Shown here in pieces: positions 51,349 to 64,000 of a stretch of DNA of 64,000 bases. The DNA is from Camelus ferus (Eukaryota), in NCBI RefSeq assembly GCF_009834535.1, contig NC_045696.1, forward strand, positions 55,058,001 to 55,122,000, written 5' to 3'. A program made the translations under genes and the position numbers. The notes under the pieces are model-generated. The model did not search any database and was not told the DNA's origin. It worked only from the letters and a program-made list of their open reading frames with translations. Position 1 is the first letter of the stretch, and each line of letters opens with the position of its first letter.

Positions 51349-51850
51349 TGTGGTCGTCACACCGACCATTTCTTTGCAATTCCTCCCACAAAAGGTGAAT
51401 CTTCATATGTTTTCCCTTCCATGTGGAATAGGTTTAGGGACTGGCTTCTAGCGAACAGAAGGATGAAGTGATAGGAGATGGATTCTGAGATTGAGTTATT
51501 ACAAGACTTCAGCTCCCATCTTGGAGGTGCCTTCTCACTTGCCTGCACACCCTTTCTCTTCTCTCTCTCCCTCTCTCTCATTACTCCCTCTGAGTAAGCC
51601 AGTTCAGGAGCCACCCTAAAGAGACACCAATGTGAGGCAGAACCAAAGGTCTCAAGCAGCAGCCATGTGAGTCCCTTCCTGGACTGGCAGACAGCCTGGC
51701 TGCAACATTCGAGAGAGATCTGAGCTAGAGCCCCGCAGCCAAGTCATTCCCAGATTCCTGACCTTTAGAAAACCTATGAGCTAATATATGTGTTTTGTTT
51801 TAAGCACCCACATTGTGGAGTAATTTGTTACTCAGCAACACTAACTAGCA
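51349..51850 (+). mobile_element. MLT1F/G-like MaLR LTR
   Basis: TTCCCAGATTCCTGACC...TTGTTTTAAGC...GTAATTTGTTACTCAGCAA terminus. Confidence 0.78.
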
Positions 51851-52496
51851 TAAAGTATGTTCATGAATAGAATGAAGCTGGAAGAATACAGAGCATCAAT
51901 TTGAGAGAGCAGCAGAGGTGATGTGTTTGCATTTTAAAATATGAAAGACTTTGGCCTAGTCATTAATTCAGCTCATTTGTAGGTAACAAATCTATATGGA
52001 GGCCCCCAAACATGTCAGGCCTTCTTGTATCAGTTGTGCAGGTGAATCTAAAGTCTTTCAGAACTTTCCATAAACCAAACTCCACATTCCCACTGCACTG
52101 AACTGTCTTGTGAGTATCACTTCAGAAACTGGAAGGGGCACATTTTAAGAGCAGAGACAACATTTGTATTATAGATTTGCCTTTCAAAACCAAACTGAGT
52201 CTCTTGCTTTTGTCCAAATTCAAGGACTTCTACCAACTGTCCTACCCCTTAAAGAATAACAGTTGGTATTAAAAAGTGAGAACTGTCTTTGAATGTTGTA
52301 CAAAGATGTCTCCTTTACCTGAGAAAACAGCTGTATCACAACTGAGATATCACTTTCAAAGTTTTTTCTTCCTCTTTTTTCAGATTAATGTTTTTTTCTT
52401 AAAATGATACTTACATTTTTAAAGAAGCTAAACAAAGATAGATAAGAAAATTTAAGAATACCCATATCATATCATCTAGTAATAACCATTTAAAAA

Positions 52497-52635
52497 ATTT
52501 TTTTATTTAGTTATTTATTTTTGTTGGGGAGATAATTTGATTGATTGATTGATTTATAATGGAGGTACGGGGGATTGAACCCAGGACCTTGTGCATGCTA
52601 GGCATGCACTCTACCACTGAGCTATACCATCCTCC
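52497..52635 (-). mobile_element. tRNA-Ala-derived SINE (vic-1-like, camelid)
   Basis: Minus strand GGTATAGCTCAGTGGTAGAGTGCATGCCTAGCATGCACAAGGTCCTGGGTTCAATCCCCCGTACCTCCA (A box, B box, AGC anticodon), then (AATC)n and an A-rich tail; degenerate TSD AATAACCATTT/AATAATTATTT. Confidence 0.88.
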
Positions 52636-54277
52636 AATAATTATTTTTAATATTAGGTAAACATCATTCCAGATACAATAGAAGAGCAGGTGGAAAGATG
52701 GGTGAGATGGATAGTTAGATAAATAGAGGCAGAAATAATTCCATAAAAATTGTATCACACTGAAACATGCTACTTTTTAATTTGCATTAAAAATGAAAAT
52801 AAAGAAAAAGATATAAGTAAAACTGATGAAATTGGGGAATTTGCATAAATATCTAATATTTAAGATAGGAGATATTTTTCCAAAAAGATAAAACCAAATT
52901 TCAGAAAGAAATAATGGGAGAAATACTAAGAAGCTGGAGTTATTATGGTTCTTCTGGGCTAAATGTGTCTAATTTAGTCAATATTGATTGATTGCTTGTT
53001 CTGAAAAATGAGAAAATAAGCATTCCCACCCACCTCCACTGCCCCATCTCCAGATTTTTATTATGGTATTTTAATAATATCAAGTTACATATCATTTGCC
53101 TTCTGTTCTGAAATATTAACAGTTTCCTTTTAGTTCTGTTAACATGGCCTCAGGATTAACACCAATACCTTTACCACAACATTTCTATTCTCAGCTTTAA
53201 AAAAATTTTAAGTTTCAGTTGTCTCTATTTCATCAAGTGCTGATTAAAAATAATACAGTCCCTGAATTCTTGCATGGTTAGAGATGGCTACCTACTCCTT
53301 ACTTACCCAAATGACACTCTGAATTGTTATAAAATATATCACACTTCCCCCTCTCAGAATCTGATAGATATTTTATATTTATTTCTTTCCTTCATTCTTT
53401 TCTTCTTTCTTTTCTTTTTTCTTTCCCTTTCTAATAGACAACTTGCTTTTTTCAAATCTTGATGCCTAAAGAAAATTTTTTATCATCACAGACGATCCAT
53501 TAGAATTGATAGACACTATGTTAGAGCAAATGTAAATTACAGACAGAGCTTCCCATGTCAAGCATGTGCAAGATGAAAATATTTCTGCCTGGAAACTATC
53601 CAAAACATCACAGTAACAGAAATGAAAGAAGTGGATGGAAAAGACAGATAGAGAACCCAGTATGGAAGACAGCATAACTCAAAGAGTAAGTGGTAAAGTA
53701 AGCCACATCTACAAAACACTTTTTTGTAATTCTTTCCCATATTCTGTCATTTTTGGCAGTTTTGCTATATTTTAGTTGCATGACCCTAAAACCAGGACAT
53801 GGTTTAAAAATACAGGGTAGAAGTGTAATAAATTTGCTGCTTGCAAATTTGTACAGGTTGCAAAATTTGGCGAAAAAAAAGCTGTCCCCATGCTTTTCTG
53901 GGCTCCTATAGCCAAAGATAGAGCTGCCTGCATTCCAATCACCAGCCCTGAGGGGCTTCATGATTTTTGGAATGCATATGTACCAAGCACCTGGAGGCCC
54001 TGCCTCACTCTGCTAGAAAAGAGATAGACCATCCTTATGCAAACAGGGCCACAACCAGGCCCGACTTATTCAGAAGCAAAGTGAACACAGTTTGTGAAAT
54101 GATAGCCTGGCCAAAGCTCTCCACTCTGGTCACTAAAGTCTGTACACCAGGTCCAGGGATAGCAGCCAGCTAGTCCCAGTGGGATATCATCATTGCTTAT
54201 GGCCAGCATCTGTTCTGATCAGCCAGGGACAATGCTATCCTAATCATTAAGTAATTATTATATTTTGAATAGCTCCT

Positions 54278-54864
54278 TGTATTAATTTTCTATTGCTGTG
54301 TAACAAATTACCACAAACTTAACATCTTAAAATAATATCCGTTTATCACCTGTACTAGTTCTATAGGTAAGAAGTTCAGGTAGGCTCAAAGGCGTTCTCT
54401 GCTCAAGGTCTCACAAGGTTTAAATCAAAGTGTCCATCAGGCTGGGCTCTCATCTGAAGCTCTGGGTTCTCTGTTCTCTTCCACGCCTTTCCAGGTTGTT
54501 CGCAGAATTCAATTCTTTGGGGTATAGGACAGTGGTTCCCATTTTCTTGCTGGCTGTCTGACAGGGGTTGCCCTCAGCTCCCAGAGGCCACCTTCAGATC
54601 CTAGCCATGTGACCCTCTCTAAGCATGGCAGCTTATGTCCTTAAAGACAGCTGGAGGATCTCCAGTAGGAATATATTTCTATCTCTATGACTAGTAGGGA
54701 GACCATATAGAAAGTCTCAATATAGCCTTACATAAGGTAATGTACTCACAGGGGTGACTATTCTACCACAATCAGAGATCCATGTTCCAGGGGAGGGGCC
54801 TACACCCGGCACACACAACAGTGAGAGGGAACTTAGAGGCCATCTCAGAATTCTACCTACCACG
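54278..54864 (-). mobile_element. MLT1E/F-like MaLR LTR
   Basis: TGTATTAATTTTCTATTGCTGTGTAACAAATTACCACAAACTTA...GGCCATCTCAGAATTCTACCTACCAC. Confidence 0.88.
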
Positions 54865-55126
54865 TTCTGTACTATATTATTTGCTCTGATTCCCTGCCTG
54901 CCTAGACTGGTAGGATCATTCGAACTACTCATGGTTAGCTGGACACCTATGTCTGACCCTATCCTAACCAGCTCTGTTCTGTGGGCTGGCCACTCACAGG
55001 CAAGAGTGCAACATTTATTAACATATTGGAGGAAACAAAATTGTGGGGGTTTTTTTCCCAAAATTGTGTTTAAAAGTAATATAGCACATTTTGGGGAAAG
55101 ACAAAAGAAAATGAGCTGATAATAAA

Positions 55127-55871
55127 AAGATGAATATCACTTCACACTCACTATGATGGCTATAGTTTTAAAATAAAGAATGAAAATAATAATAAGTGTT
55201 GGGGAGGATGTGGAGAAATTGGAACCCTCAGATATTGCTGATAGGAATGTAAAATGGTTCAGCCACTATGGAAAACAGCTTGGCAGTTCCTCAAAAAGTT
55301 GAACAAAGAATTACTGTATGACTCAGGAATTCTACTCCTAGGTATATACTCAAAAGAATAGAAAGCTGATACTCAAGCAAATACACGTATACCCCATGTA
55401 TAGCAGCGCTATTCACACAAACCAAAAGGTAGAAATACCGCCAATGCCCATCAACGGATAAACGGATAAACAAACCATGATGTTATATGCAATGGGATAC
55501 TATTCAGCCATCAAAAAGAATGAAGTACTGATAAATGCTACAACATGGATGAACTTCAGAAACATTATGCTAAGTGAAAGAAGCCAGTCACCAAAGACTC
55601 CATAATGTATCATTTCATTTATATGAAATATCCAAAGAAGGAAAATCCACAGAAACAAAGCAGATTGGAGATTCCCAGAGGCTGAAGGGAGTGGAGTTTG
55701 GGGAGCAACTGCTTAATGGATACAGGATTTCTTTTTTGAGTGATGAGAATACTTTAGAACTAGATAGAGGTAGTGGTTGTACAACATGGTGAATGTACTA
55801 AATGTCAAAGAATTGTTCACTTGAAGATAGTTCACTTTATGTTCCGTGAATTTCATCTCATTTTTAAAAAT
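55127..55871 (+). mobile_element. L1MB-type 3' end
   Basis: GAGGATGTGGAGAAATTGGAACCCTCA, CAACATGGATGAACTTCAGAAACATTATGCTAAGTGAAAGAAGCCAG, GGTTGTACAACATGGTGAATGTACTAAATG. Confidence 0.92.
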
Positions 55872-58800
55872 GTAAGACAAAGACAAAATTCAAAAGAGAA
55901 ATATCTATTGAGGGGTAAAAACATGTCAATGAAGAAATTCTTCACCATTCTTACATTGTTTTTCTCCAGGTGTTTCGGTTTCTAATTGGGCTGAAAAAGA
56001 AGCAGAGCCACACAGGAAGCTGCCAAGCAGTTGAGAGGAATGAGAGGATAACATGTTCATTAATACCTTCCCTCTCCATGATGAACCCTAAGAGATATTT
56101 TGGTAGTCATCTGAGACTATTTTGTTGCAACGGATAGAAGCAGCAAGTTTTTACACTTCTTTTTTTAGCATAAAGTCCAAGAAGAACCAAGATGAAGAGA
56201 ACCACAGAAGTTCCCACGTGAGTTTAAAAAATACACTCAAGGAAAGAGCAAAACCAGAAATAAAGAGCAACTAAAACTGGAGAAAAGACAACCAGCTGTG
56301 CCTAAGCATGGCATTTCTGTTACTCTCATAACATTTCCTGTTTTATCCAAAAGTAATATGCAAATGGAGGTGATCAGTGCTTACTGACATTTACACTTCT
56401 ATTTTAATGCCACTTTTTAATGGGGAAAAATGAAATTATGTTGGCGAGAGATACTTCTTTTTATTTATGTTATACCTTTAATCCACTTTTATATGTTAAT
56501 TTGGATTTCCCTTAATTAAATAAGGAATGAGCATTTTAAGGTATCAGCATGGAAATGATTTCCACCAACAGTCCTGTTTTGGCAATGTCACATCTGTATC
56601 TACACAACAAAGTCTGGAAACTACTGCAGTGATATATTCTAGTAATTGCACTTCGTTTCACATAGGCCAAGGAATTCTTTGGGAGCCACCAGAGAGGATC
56701 ATGAGGTGAAGGATGGAGAAGGTACCCTAGCTTCAGAGCTCCAGACCTGCCTCCATCATCTACCTGTCATAGCAGCTCCGCTGTGTATCTATCTTACGTA
56801 TCAGACGTAAGATAGATAAGACGTTACTTGAAAGGGGATTTTAAAATTTGACATATAATTTACAAAAATGGGTGGAAAATATAAAAATGTATCTATCGAT
56901 AACAAGACTCTTTACTCTCATAACATTAACAACATTGAGACAAATGTAGAAATCATGAGATATGCTGAAATAAGTGAATCTGAGTTTCAACTAGATGCTC
57001 ACTAGACTAAGTTGATCAGCTGGGAGTGAAGCCAATGAAAGAAGATGGTTAAGTTTTCCTTTATTTTCAATGTATACAACACTCAAGATATTTCCATGAA
57101 AATTATGCCTGGAAAACAAAGTTAAATTACCAATTTTATAATATTTTGTAATTCTGAGAAGCAAACTCAACCATGAAACATATACATTTGTTGTTCAATT
57201 TCAGCTTATCAGACCTTCAAACATATTCTCAGAAATATGCACAAAACTAAGACTAGGTTCACGTTTCAAGTTCTCAACCAGAAAGGGGGGAAGTATAACC
57301 ACTTGATCCTGCCTCAGTTATCCAGTCTACACAGGCTGACACTACTAGCCTTCTTGTGTCAGTCATGCTAATGACAAGCCTGAGAAAAGTTTTCCCTCAT
57401 ATGTGGGCCTTCACTACTCAGCCCCAATACTTGCACTATCTTAAGCTATTACCTAAATTTAATAGAGCATTTTAATGCAGGGACCATTGCCTGTGTTCGG
57501 GTCTCCCGCTCTGTATTAAGCACAAGCTTGGTTCTGAATGAATGAGCAATGACTATGAAACACAATGGACAATGTGCTGATGTCAGTGACCCTGATCACA
57601 GCAGCCATCACAATGGAGAGTACCAACACGAAGGGGGACTCTCGCTATTAAATGGAACACAGGGAAAATGCTGAATATGTATGAATGCTCAACCTGACAT
57701 CAGCAGGAAACCCACAGACTTTCGCAAAAAATAAATCTCTCTGAAAGAACAAACATGTGATGCTACTAGGATTAAAAACTTTATCCCTAAAATTCCCAAA
57801 GCAGTCACAAATAATACAATTGACCAAGTACTGAAAGGGCAATTTGCTGCTGAGAGTAAGGATTTAGGACTGCAGAGGAACTCTAGCCAGATTTAAATAA
57901 TGGCAGAAGGATCAAAAATAAGAGAAGGTAAAGGATCAATCGATCGGCCAGAGTGTTGATCCGTAAAGCAGAGTGGGAAAAACTGCCAACAGCTAACGTT
58001 GAGTTCAGTTATTTAAAAAAAAAATTCAGCTCAAGATTCGATGTTTTCAAGGTTATTCTGAGAAATGTGTAAGATTATTTCACGTATACAATTTTTAAAA
58101 CAGGGAACATGGCTTAAAACGTTGGGGGTGGAGATTCTGGTCTTCATTAATATTTGATTTTTAGTAGATAGGCTCAAATATGGGACTGTTACACATTCCC
58201 CTGCGGTTGATCTTTGAATTACAAAATGTACATGTGTTCAAGTATATATTTTAATTTAGAAACCTATTTTGGGAAAAAAAATTTGAGAAGTTGAGAGTTT
58301 GGACACAAATTTACATATATTATTCTACGACAAATTTCGTAGAATGTTCCATCAGACAGTTCCACAAAATTTCTAAATATGGAGTCCAAGGAAGTAATTG
58401 ATGAGAGCTCTATGTTAAGCCAGGACCAGATCAGAATAATAATGATAAAAGTCCCTTTTATCTTTACTTTTAGAGCTCTTACTATGGGCCAAAATGATGC
58501 TAGTAGACTATTTTAAATGAATTATTTCATGTAATCATCACATTAACACAGGGATGTACGTAGCTATTATCCTCATGTTACAGAGGAGGTATGTAGGTTT
58601 CAAGTAACTTGCTAATTATCAGTTAATTAGAGGGTGAATCTGAATTTGGACCCAGGCTTTTTAACTTTAGAATTTACACTTCTAATCACTAGCCAATCCT
58701 GGGAGTTAGAGAGGAATGTCTTCACTGACATCAGAAGAATATATTTGCCTTATGTTTGTCATTTTTATTTTATAAAATATTTTTTTTTTAGTGATAGAAT

Positions 58801-60384
58801 TTTAAAGGTCTGATGTATTAAGTTGAATTTTATAATATCTTGATACTTCACCTTTTCTTTAAGCACAGAATCTTCCCTGTTATCACACAAAAAAAGCCAT
58901 GGGATATACAGGAATCCCTACATGTAAATCCGTCCTACAAAAGAACTTTTAAGCCTAGTCACTTCCTCAAATCCTCCCCATGCCCTTTCTCCGATATCCT
59001 TTATTTCTGGTTTTCCTCCAAAAACCAGGACTCAGTTCCTGCTTCAGGACTATATTCTGAACTTTGGTGCTGAGTTTTCAACCCTCCTAGAGCTTCCAAG
59101 AAAGGAGGGCTAGAACGCATTTCCTTGATAATCTTACGTAGCATGGCTTCCTACTCGGAGCAGTGCTGTCCCTAACATGCAACCTGGTCATTCCTTCTTC
59201 TATAGCCACTGCCTCTCTGGATTTCCCTTTTTACAAGAGTCCTTTTCTCTATTTGCTTTAAAAGCCCTTTCCAATTTCACTTAGAGAGACCTGTCTGCAA
59301 TTAACTCCCCTCCCAGTTTCCATGGTTCATTTTAATTCATTGACCTCTCCAATTCTTACAGCATATGTCATGTATAACAGAGGATGCTGTGAAGCTCTAA
59401 CTGGGTTTTGTCTTTTTTATTTCTGGTTCTGGAATTGGGCATTGCGACAGCAGCTGAGACTGGCTGCAGTCCTTTTCTGCCCTGATAAAGCTCCATGGTT
59501 AGATGTGAGCCTCTCTCCTCTCCGTTCACTGCTTCTCCTCTAGAGACAGGCTCTCCCATCCAAGTGTCCGGCGTGGTCACTGGAGCCTTCAGGTCTGGAC
59601 TGCTCCAGTGCTGCCCCACCCTCCAGGCCCGGCTCCCATCCTCTTGCCTATTTGTGACTTTCTCTCAGTTCTTAAAGCCAAAGTTAAGTGCAGCACCTAT
59701 AGGTGAACTCCAGGGCCTTACACTGAGACGACTGGCACTAAACCACTTTTCTTTTTTCTCTCTTTTCTTATCCTTAGTCTCTTAATTAGATTCATTGTTT
59801 CAGATTCTCTTCTTTCCCCTCCTTTCCCTCGGGGTGCAAGTGCCCACATCCCTTCTCCCTCAATATGGCAAAGGTATGGAAAGGCACCCCTCCTCAGCCT
59901 TCTCCCCACATCGAACCTCTTCAAAATGTACAAGATTGAGAAGTTCTCTTTGCTATTCATTTGAGTGTGCTTATATCTTGATTCCTTTATGCTTTTACAT
60001 CTTTCATTCATGTGCACTCTAAATACCCCCTGAAATTCTATAATCATGGGGGATAGGGGCAGCAGCTGTGATTCCTGTTGGAACTTTCTCCCTCCGTGTC
60101 TCAGGGCACGGTTCTCTGCATGCTGAGTTCTCCTGGCTTTCTCTGCCCAGCCAAATTTCAGATCCGATGAAATGGGGAGCCTCAACTCCAGGCTATGCAT
60201 ACAACCGAACAGAATGGGGCTGCTCAAATCGCAAGCATCCTCTTTGGGAGGAGGAATGATTTAAGCCATGAGCTCTCTCAGATTTAAGTAACTTACACTG
60301 CCACCTACCTTAGAAATGTTCCTCTTCTAGTAATTAAAATGTATATGTAATAATCCATCTGTGGAATCACACTCAGAGACATAG

Positions 60385-60580
60385 AAGGTGGAGTAATCTA
60401 GGCTCTAATCCTGCTTCTGCTCCTTCCTACCCCTATACCCGTGAGCAAACTATTTAACATCTCAGAGCCTCAGTTTACTCATCTGCAAAACGAGAATGAT
60501 AAGGACGCTACTTCAGAGTTAAATGAGGTAAGGTTAGCTGGTGCAACGTCCCACACGAGGTGCCCTAAAAATGCCAGCAG
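60385..60580 (+). mobile_element. MIR SINE
   Basis: GAGCAAACTATTTAACATCTCAGAGCCTCAGTTTACTCATCTGCAAAA. Confidence 0.78.
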
Positions 60581-62679
60581 TTTTTACAACGTATGTATCC
60601 TAGAGTTTATGGGTCTTTTTGCCACCCTCCAACGCCTTTACGAGAGTTAAGAAGTCTTCCCAACAGTTGCTTTATGATTATAGGGCTCTCATTACAAACA
60701 ATCTAGAAATTCACAAAGAGACTCAGGAGTAGAATATGGTCAATTTTACATATTAAGCAGACTTTCTGGCAATTCAGCAATAAAAATGCCCTAAAAAGGG
60801 GGAGGTGGGGTATGAAACGGAAAAAAAAAAAAAAAAACCCTTTGAAATAACGATTTCATCTTTTGTTCTGGCCTGATTCAGGGTAAAGAAATGCCAATTC
60901 AGAAAGTCCCTGGAGCGAAGCAAATTCTCTGCCATCAGCTTCTGGGCTGCGTCAGCAAAGCCAGGTCTGCTGGCAGGACACAGGACCCACGAGTCTCCCC
61001 AGGGCTCTCTGCCCTCTGATGTCACGGCCCTGCTGTACTTCTGAAGGTGAAAGAGGGCATCGGGACCACTGTCAGGTTCTGCCCACCTTGACGTGAAAAC
61101 CCAAGCAGGCTTTTTGCCCAAAGGGGCAGCCTCTCTCTCCCCTTGTCCTCTCTCTCCCTCTCTCCCTTCCTGAATATTAAACTTACTGTGGTTTCATCCA
61201 CTTTATCACCTCATTTGCTTTCTGATCTGATCCTGGGCTGCCATGTGGCTGATCAAAGGCAGATGTGAGCTCTCATCTTCACAAAGAAGTCCCTATATTC
61301 AGACAAACGTTAATTTATCCATCTTCTTGCCTGCAGTTACCTACCCTTGCTCCCTCCCACCATTTCTCAATATATTCATTACTTCCTACATCTCCTCCCA
61401 TGATTTACACTTTCTTTCTCCTCTCTTTGTATGTATGACCTTTCTATTCTATTTGTCTTTAAAAATCTCTTCCTTCTCCAGATCACGTTGCATCATGGTT
61501 AAGATAATAAAATTGCTTTTGACCCCCATCTCATCCTCCTCATACTTGAAAAAACAATCATGTATTTTTCTTAAACCTCAGAAATACTCTTATTTTGGGC
61601 AGCCTAATTTGTCCTTATTGGTGGCAGATGTTAGCGAATTCTAGCTTTGTTTTCTACTTGCCTGCCTTCCCGTCTCCTTCTATGTTTCCTGCCTCTCCCT
61701 GTGTCCTCCCTCGTCTGCCCCTTCCTTTCAGTATGTGGCCTTCCACCTTGTCCTTCCTTTCCTCCATCTTTCTCTCTCCTTTTTATGCCCCCTCCCTCTG
61801 ACAGACAGTCACCCCTTTTGTGTTCTCTCCCAATTCTACCAGGCTGCCACCTCCCTCTAGGCTGTCTGCTGAGTTGCTACTCTCAAGGTTTTGAAATTCA
61901 GTAAATCCTTGGTCGTTTGCCCTAATTGAGAGAGAAGGTCACTCAGAAATAATAAGCCAGAGAAACAGAATATTTCACAAAAATCTCTCCATTGCAGGAT
62001 ATTACGTGGACAAAATATGACTGTTGACAAAGAAGGAAGAAAGCAATCCACACAACTACCAATAACAATTTCCTGAGTTCTCAGGGCTATGAGTGAGTCA
62101 CAGATGAACAAGGCTTGATCCCTGCCCTTGAGGATTTTAAGTACAGCACAGAAAACACAGCGTGCTCGTACAGGACCTTAACAAAGGCAGCACGTGTGAG
62201 GAGCTGATGCACGTGGCAGCTGTTAGCCCCTGCACTGTGGTTACAGCGGCGGAAAACTCAAAAGTGAACCCGACTTGTTCTCCACCTCAGGGCACTTAGA
62301 CTCTAGCACTGGATCAAGCTGTACTGAAATGATTACCATGCAAAACCCAAAACAAATAAACGAAACCCTTCAGGAGAAGGACCCTGAGCAGTTGCTAGGG
62401 CAGAGTGATCAATTGAAACCAGAAGATGTGGAAGGTGTTGTGGTAGAGATGCCATTGGATCTGGGTCTTGAGAGATGACTTGGCTTTTGAGAGTCATAAA
62501 GAGGTCAAAGTCATGCAAGGGCCACATGGAAAACAGGGTTTGTCCTCAAGTCTGCTTCAGTTCCCCTGTGAGAGACCACAGGAATCCCTGGTTGAGGAAT
62601 CTGAGTCTAGCCCTGCTCAGAGGCTATGATCTAACCGATCAGCAGCCTCTCCTGTGGACCTAAGCAAAGGAAGTAGAGT

Positions 62680-63490
62680 CATGGATGCCCACGCATGACT
62701 CTGTGCTCAGGAGACAGCACTGCGCAGGCAAGGCACTTAGGTAGGAAAGCGGTGGGGACATTAAAGGGGAAAGAGAGTGGCCCCATGTGGCTGCTGGGGA
62801 GGTTGTGAAGGGAGGCAGTCAAGATGATACTAGGAAGGCAAGTACCATGTTGTGGAGGGTCCTGAACACCGTGCATAGAAGCTGAACATGCAAGATTTTT
62901 GAACAGAGGATGACAGAACCAAATTTGTGCCAGGTATACAGAAGAGGGGAAATACTAGATGAAGAGAAACCCATTTGGAGGCCACTGCAATAAGTCGGCA
63001 ATATCCATTTTAATGAGTATGATGGCAGTGGAAAGAGGGGTTTGATTCAAGCAATATATCTACAGGAGAATCTCCAGAAGGGAAAGAGATATTAGAAGTG
63101 AAACTGATTGGCTAAAACAACAATGATACTGGTAACCAATGAGAGGGAAGACAGGAGGAAGAGTTTTTAGGAGAGAAGTTAAGCGATGTGGTTTTATTCA
63201 TATTGAATTTGTGATACTGCTGGATACAGAAGCAATAGTGAGAAGAAAGCAGAGAAGATGAGAATCAGGCCACTGTAACACATTTTGGGGGCAAAATTAC
63301 ATAAGCTCAGGAGCTGGAAATCCATACCTTCATTCAGCAAATATTTACTGAGCATCTACTATACACCAATGAGATGAAGCATGACCTAGAAAACATATTC
63401 TGGAGAGTAGGATATTGTTGACAAAATTTCAATGGCTGAAAAAGCAAGAGGTGTAGGGCTTGAAGTGAGCAGAGAAAGTTGAAACATACC
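62680..63490 (-). mobile_element. Decayed L2 fragments
   Basis: Purine-rich L2 motifs (GAACAGAGGATGACAG, ATATTGAATTTG) and CATTCAGCAAATATTTACTGAGCATCTACTAT. Confidence 0.55.
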
Positions 63491-63744
63491 AGCTATGGGT
63501 AAACTGATTCCACCAGAACAGAAATCACCTCAATGTATCCCAGAGGCTGTGAAAGACAAAACTAAATACGGAGAGAGGAAGGAGAAAAAACCCTAGAAGC
63601 CACAAAGGTTGTATAGAATCCAGCAATTCACTAACAAGTACATAAGAATCAGTTGTGCTTACTTAACAAATGTATTATTTAAATGCAAATGGTGCTGCTA
63701 ATTTTCTTCATTCTTATGTAGGCTAAAGATGAGGCATCTAATGC

Positions 63745-63950
63745 TGAAGAGAGCAAGGAACCACGGGGACCTGATTTTGTAATTACTCTGCCACTTAGCA
63801 ATATTCCTTGGGCAAGTTACTTAATATATCTGAGCCTCAGCTTCCTTCTCTATGAAACAAGGAAAATAATATTTACTTCACCTTATTTTTGGGAGGATTA
63901 AATAAAATTAATGTGCATAGAATGCCTGGAGCAATCAATGGCAGCTATTA
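63745..63950 (+). mobile_element. MIR SINE
   Basis: CCTTGGGCAAGTTACTTAA...TCTGAGCCTCAGCTTCCT...GAGGATTAAATAA. Confidence 0.85.
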
Positions 63951-64000
63951 GTATCAGATTTTTAAAATCTGTTACTCTCACACTTCTTTCCCTGCTTTGA

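Noticed and set aside
52561..52635. Functional tRNA-Ala gene
   Set aside because: Has a SINE tail, TSD-like flanks, a disrupted acceptor stem and no T-run terminator.
53462..53690. Processed pseudogene or coding exon
   Set aside because: Purine-rich and exon-like, but there are stops in every plus frame and no recognisable homology.
59718..60227. Longest ORF in the track (169 aa)
   Set aside because: No recognisable domain or splice context; consistent with a chance ORF in purine/pyrimidine-skewed DNA.

Overview
Mammalian genomic DNA, AT-rich and CpG-depleted, with no bacterial or CRISPR-type features. A tRNA-Ala-derived SINE resembling vic-1 and the L1 3' ends point to a camelid (inference). 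The window is mostly intergenic or intronic and dense in repeats: young and old LINE-1, L2, MIR, MaLR/ERVL/ERV1 LTRs, a truncated class I ERV (5' LTR, PBS-Leu, decayed gag), hAT and Tigger fossils, and microsatellites. I recognise no intact multi-exon protein-coding gene; nearly all listed ORFs are repeat-derived or chance. Gene-like signals are limited to a phase-compatible exon pair at the left edge (1-47 plus 1423-1459), a small CpG island at about 21.1-21.4 kb, and a few isolated exon-like segments. The most distinctive structures are mutational scars: a twin-primed inverted L1, a fold-back hairpin fused to a 75-bp copy of nearby sequence, further templated insertions, and an unusually CpG-rich old L2. 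I found no evidence for a new biological system. Repeat family names come from recalled consensus motifs, not from a database search.
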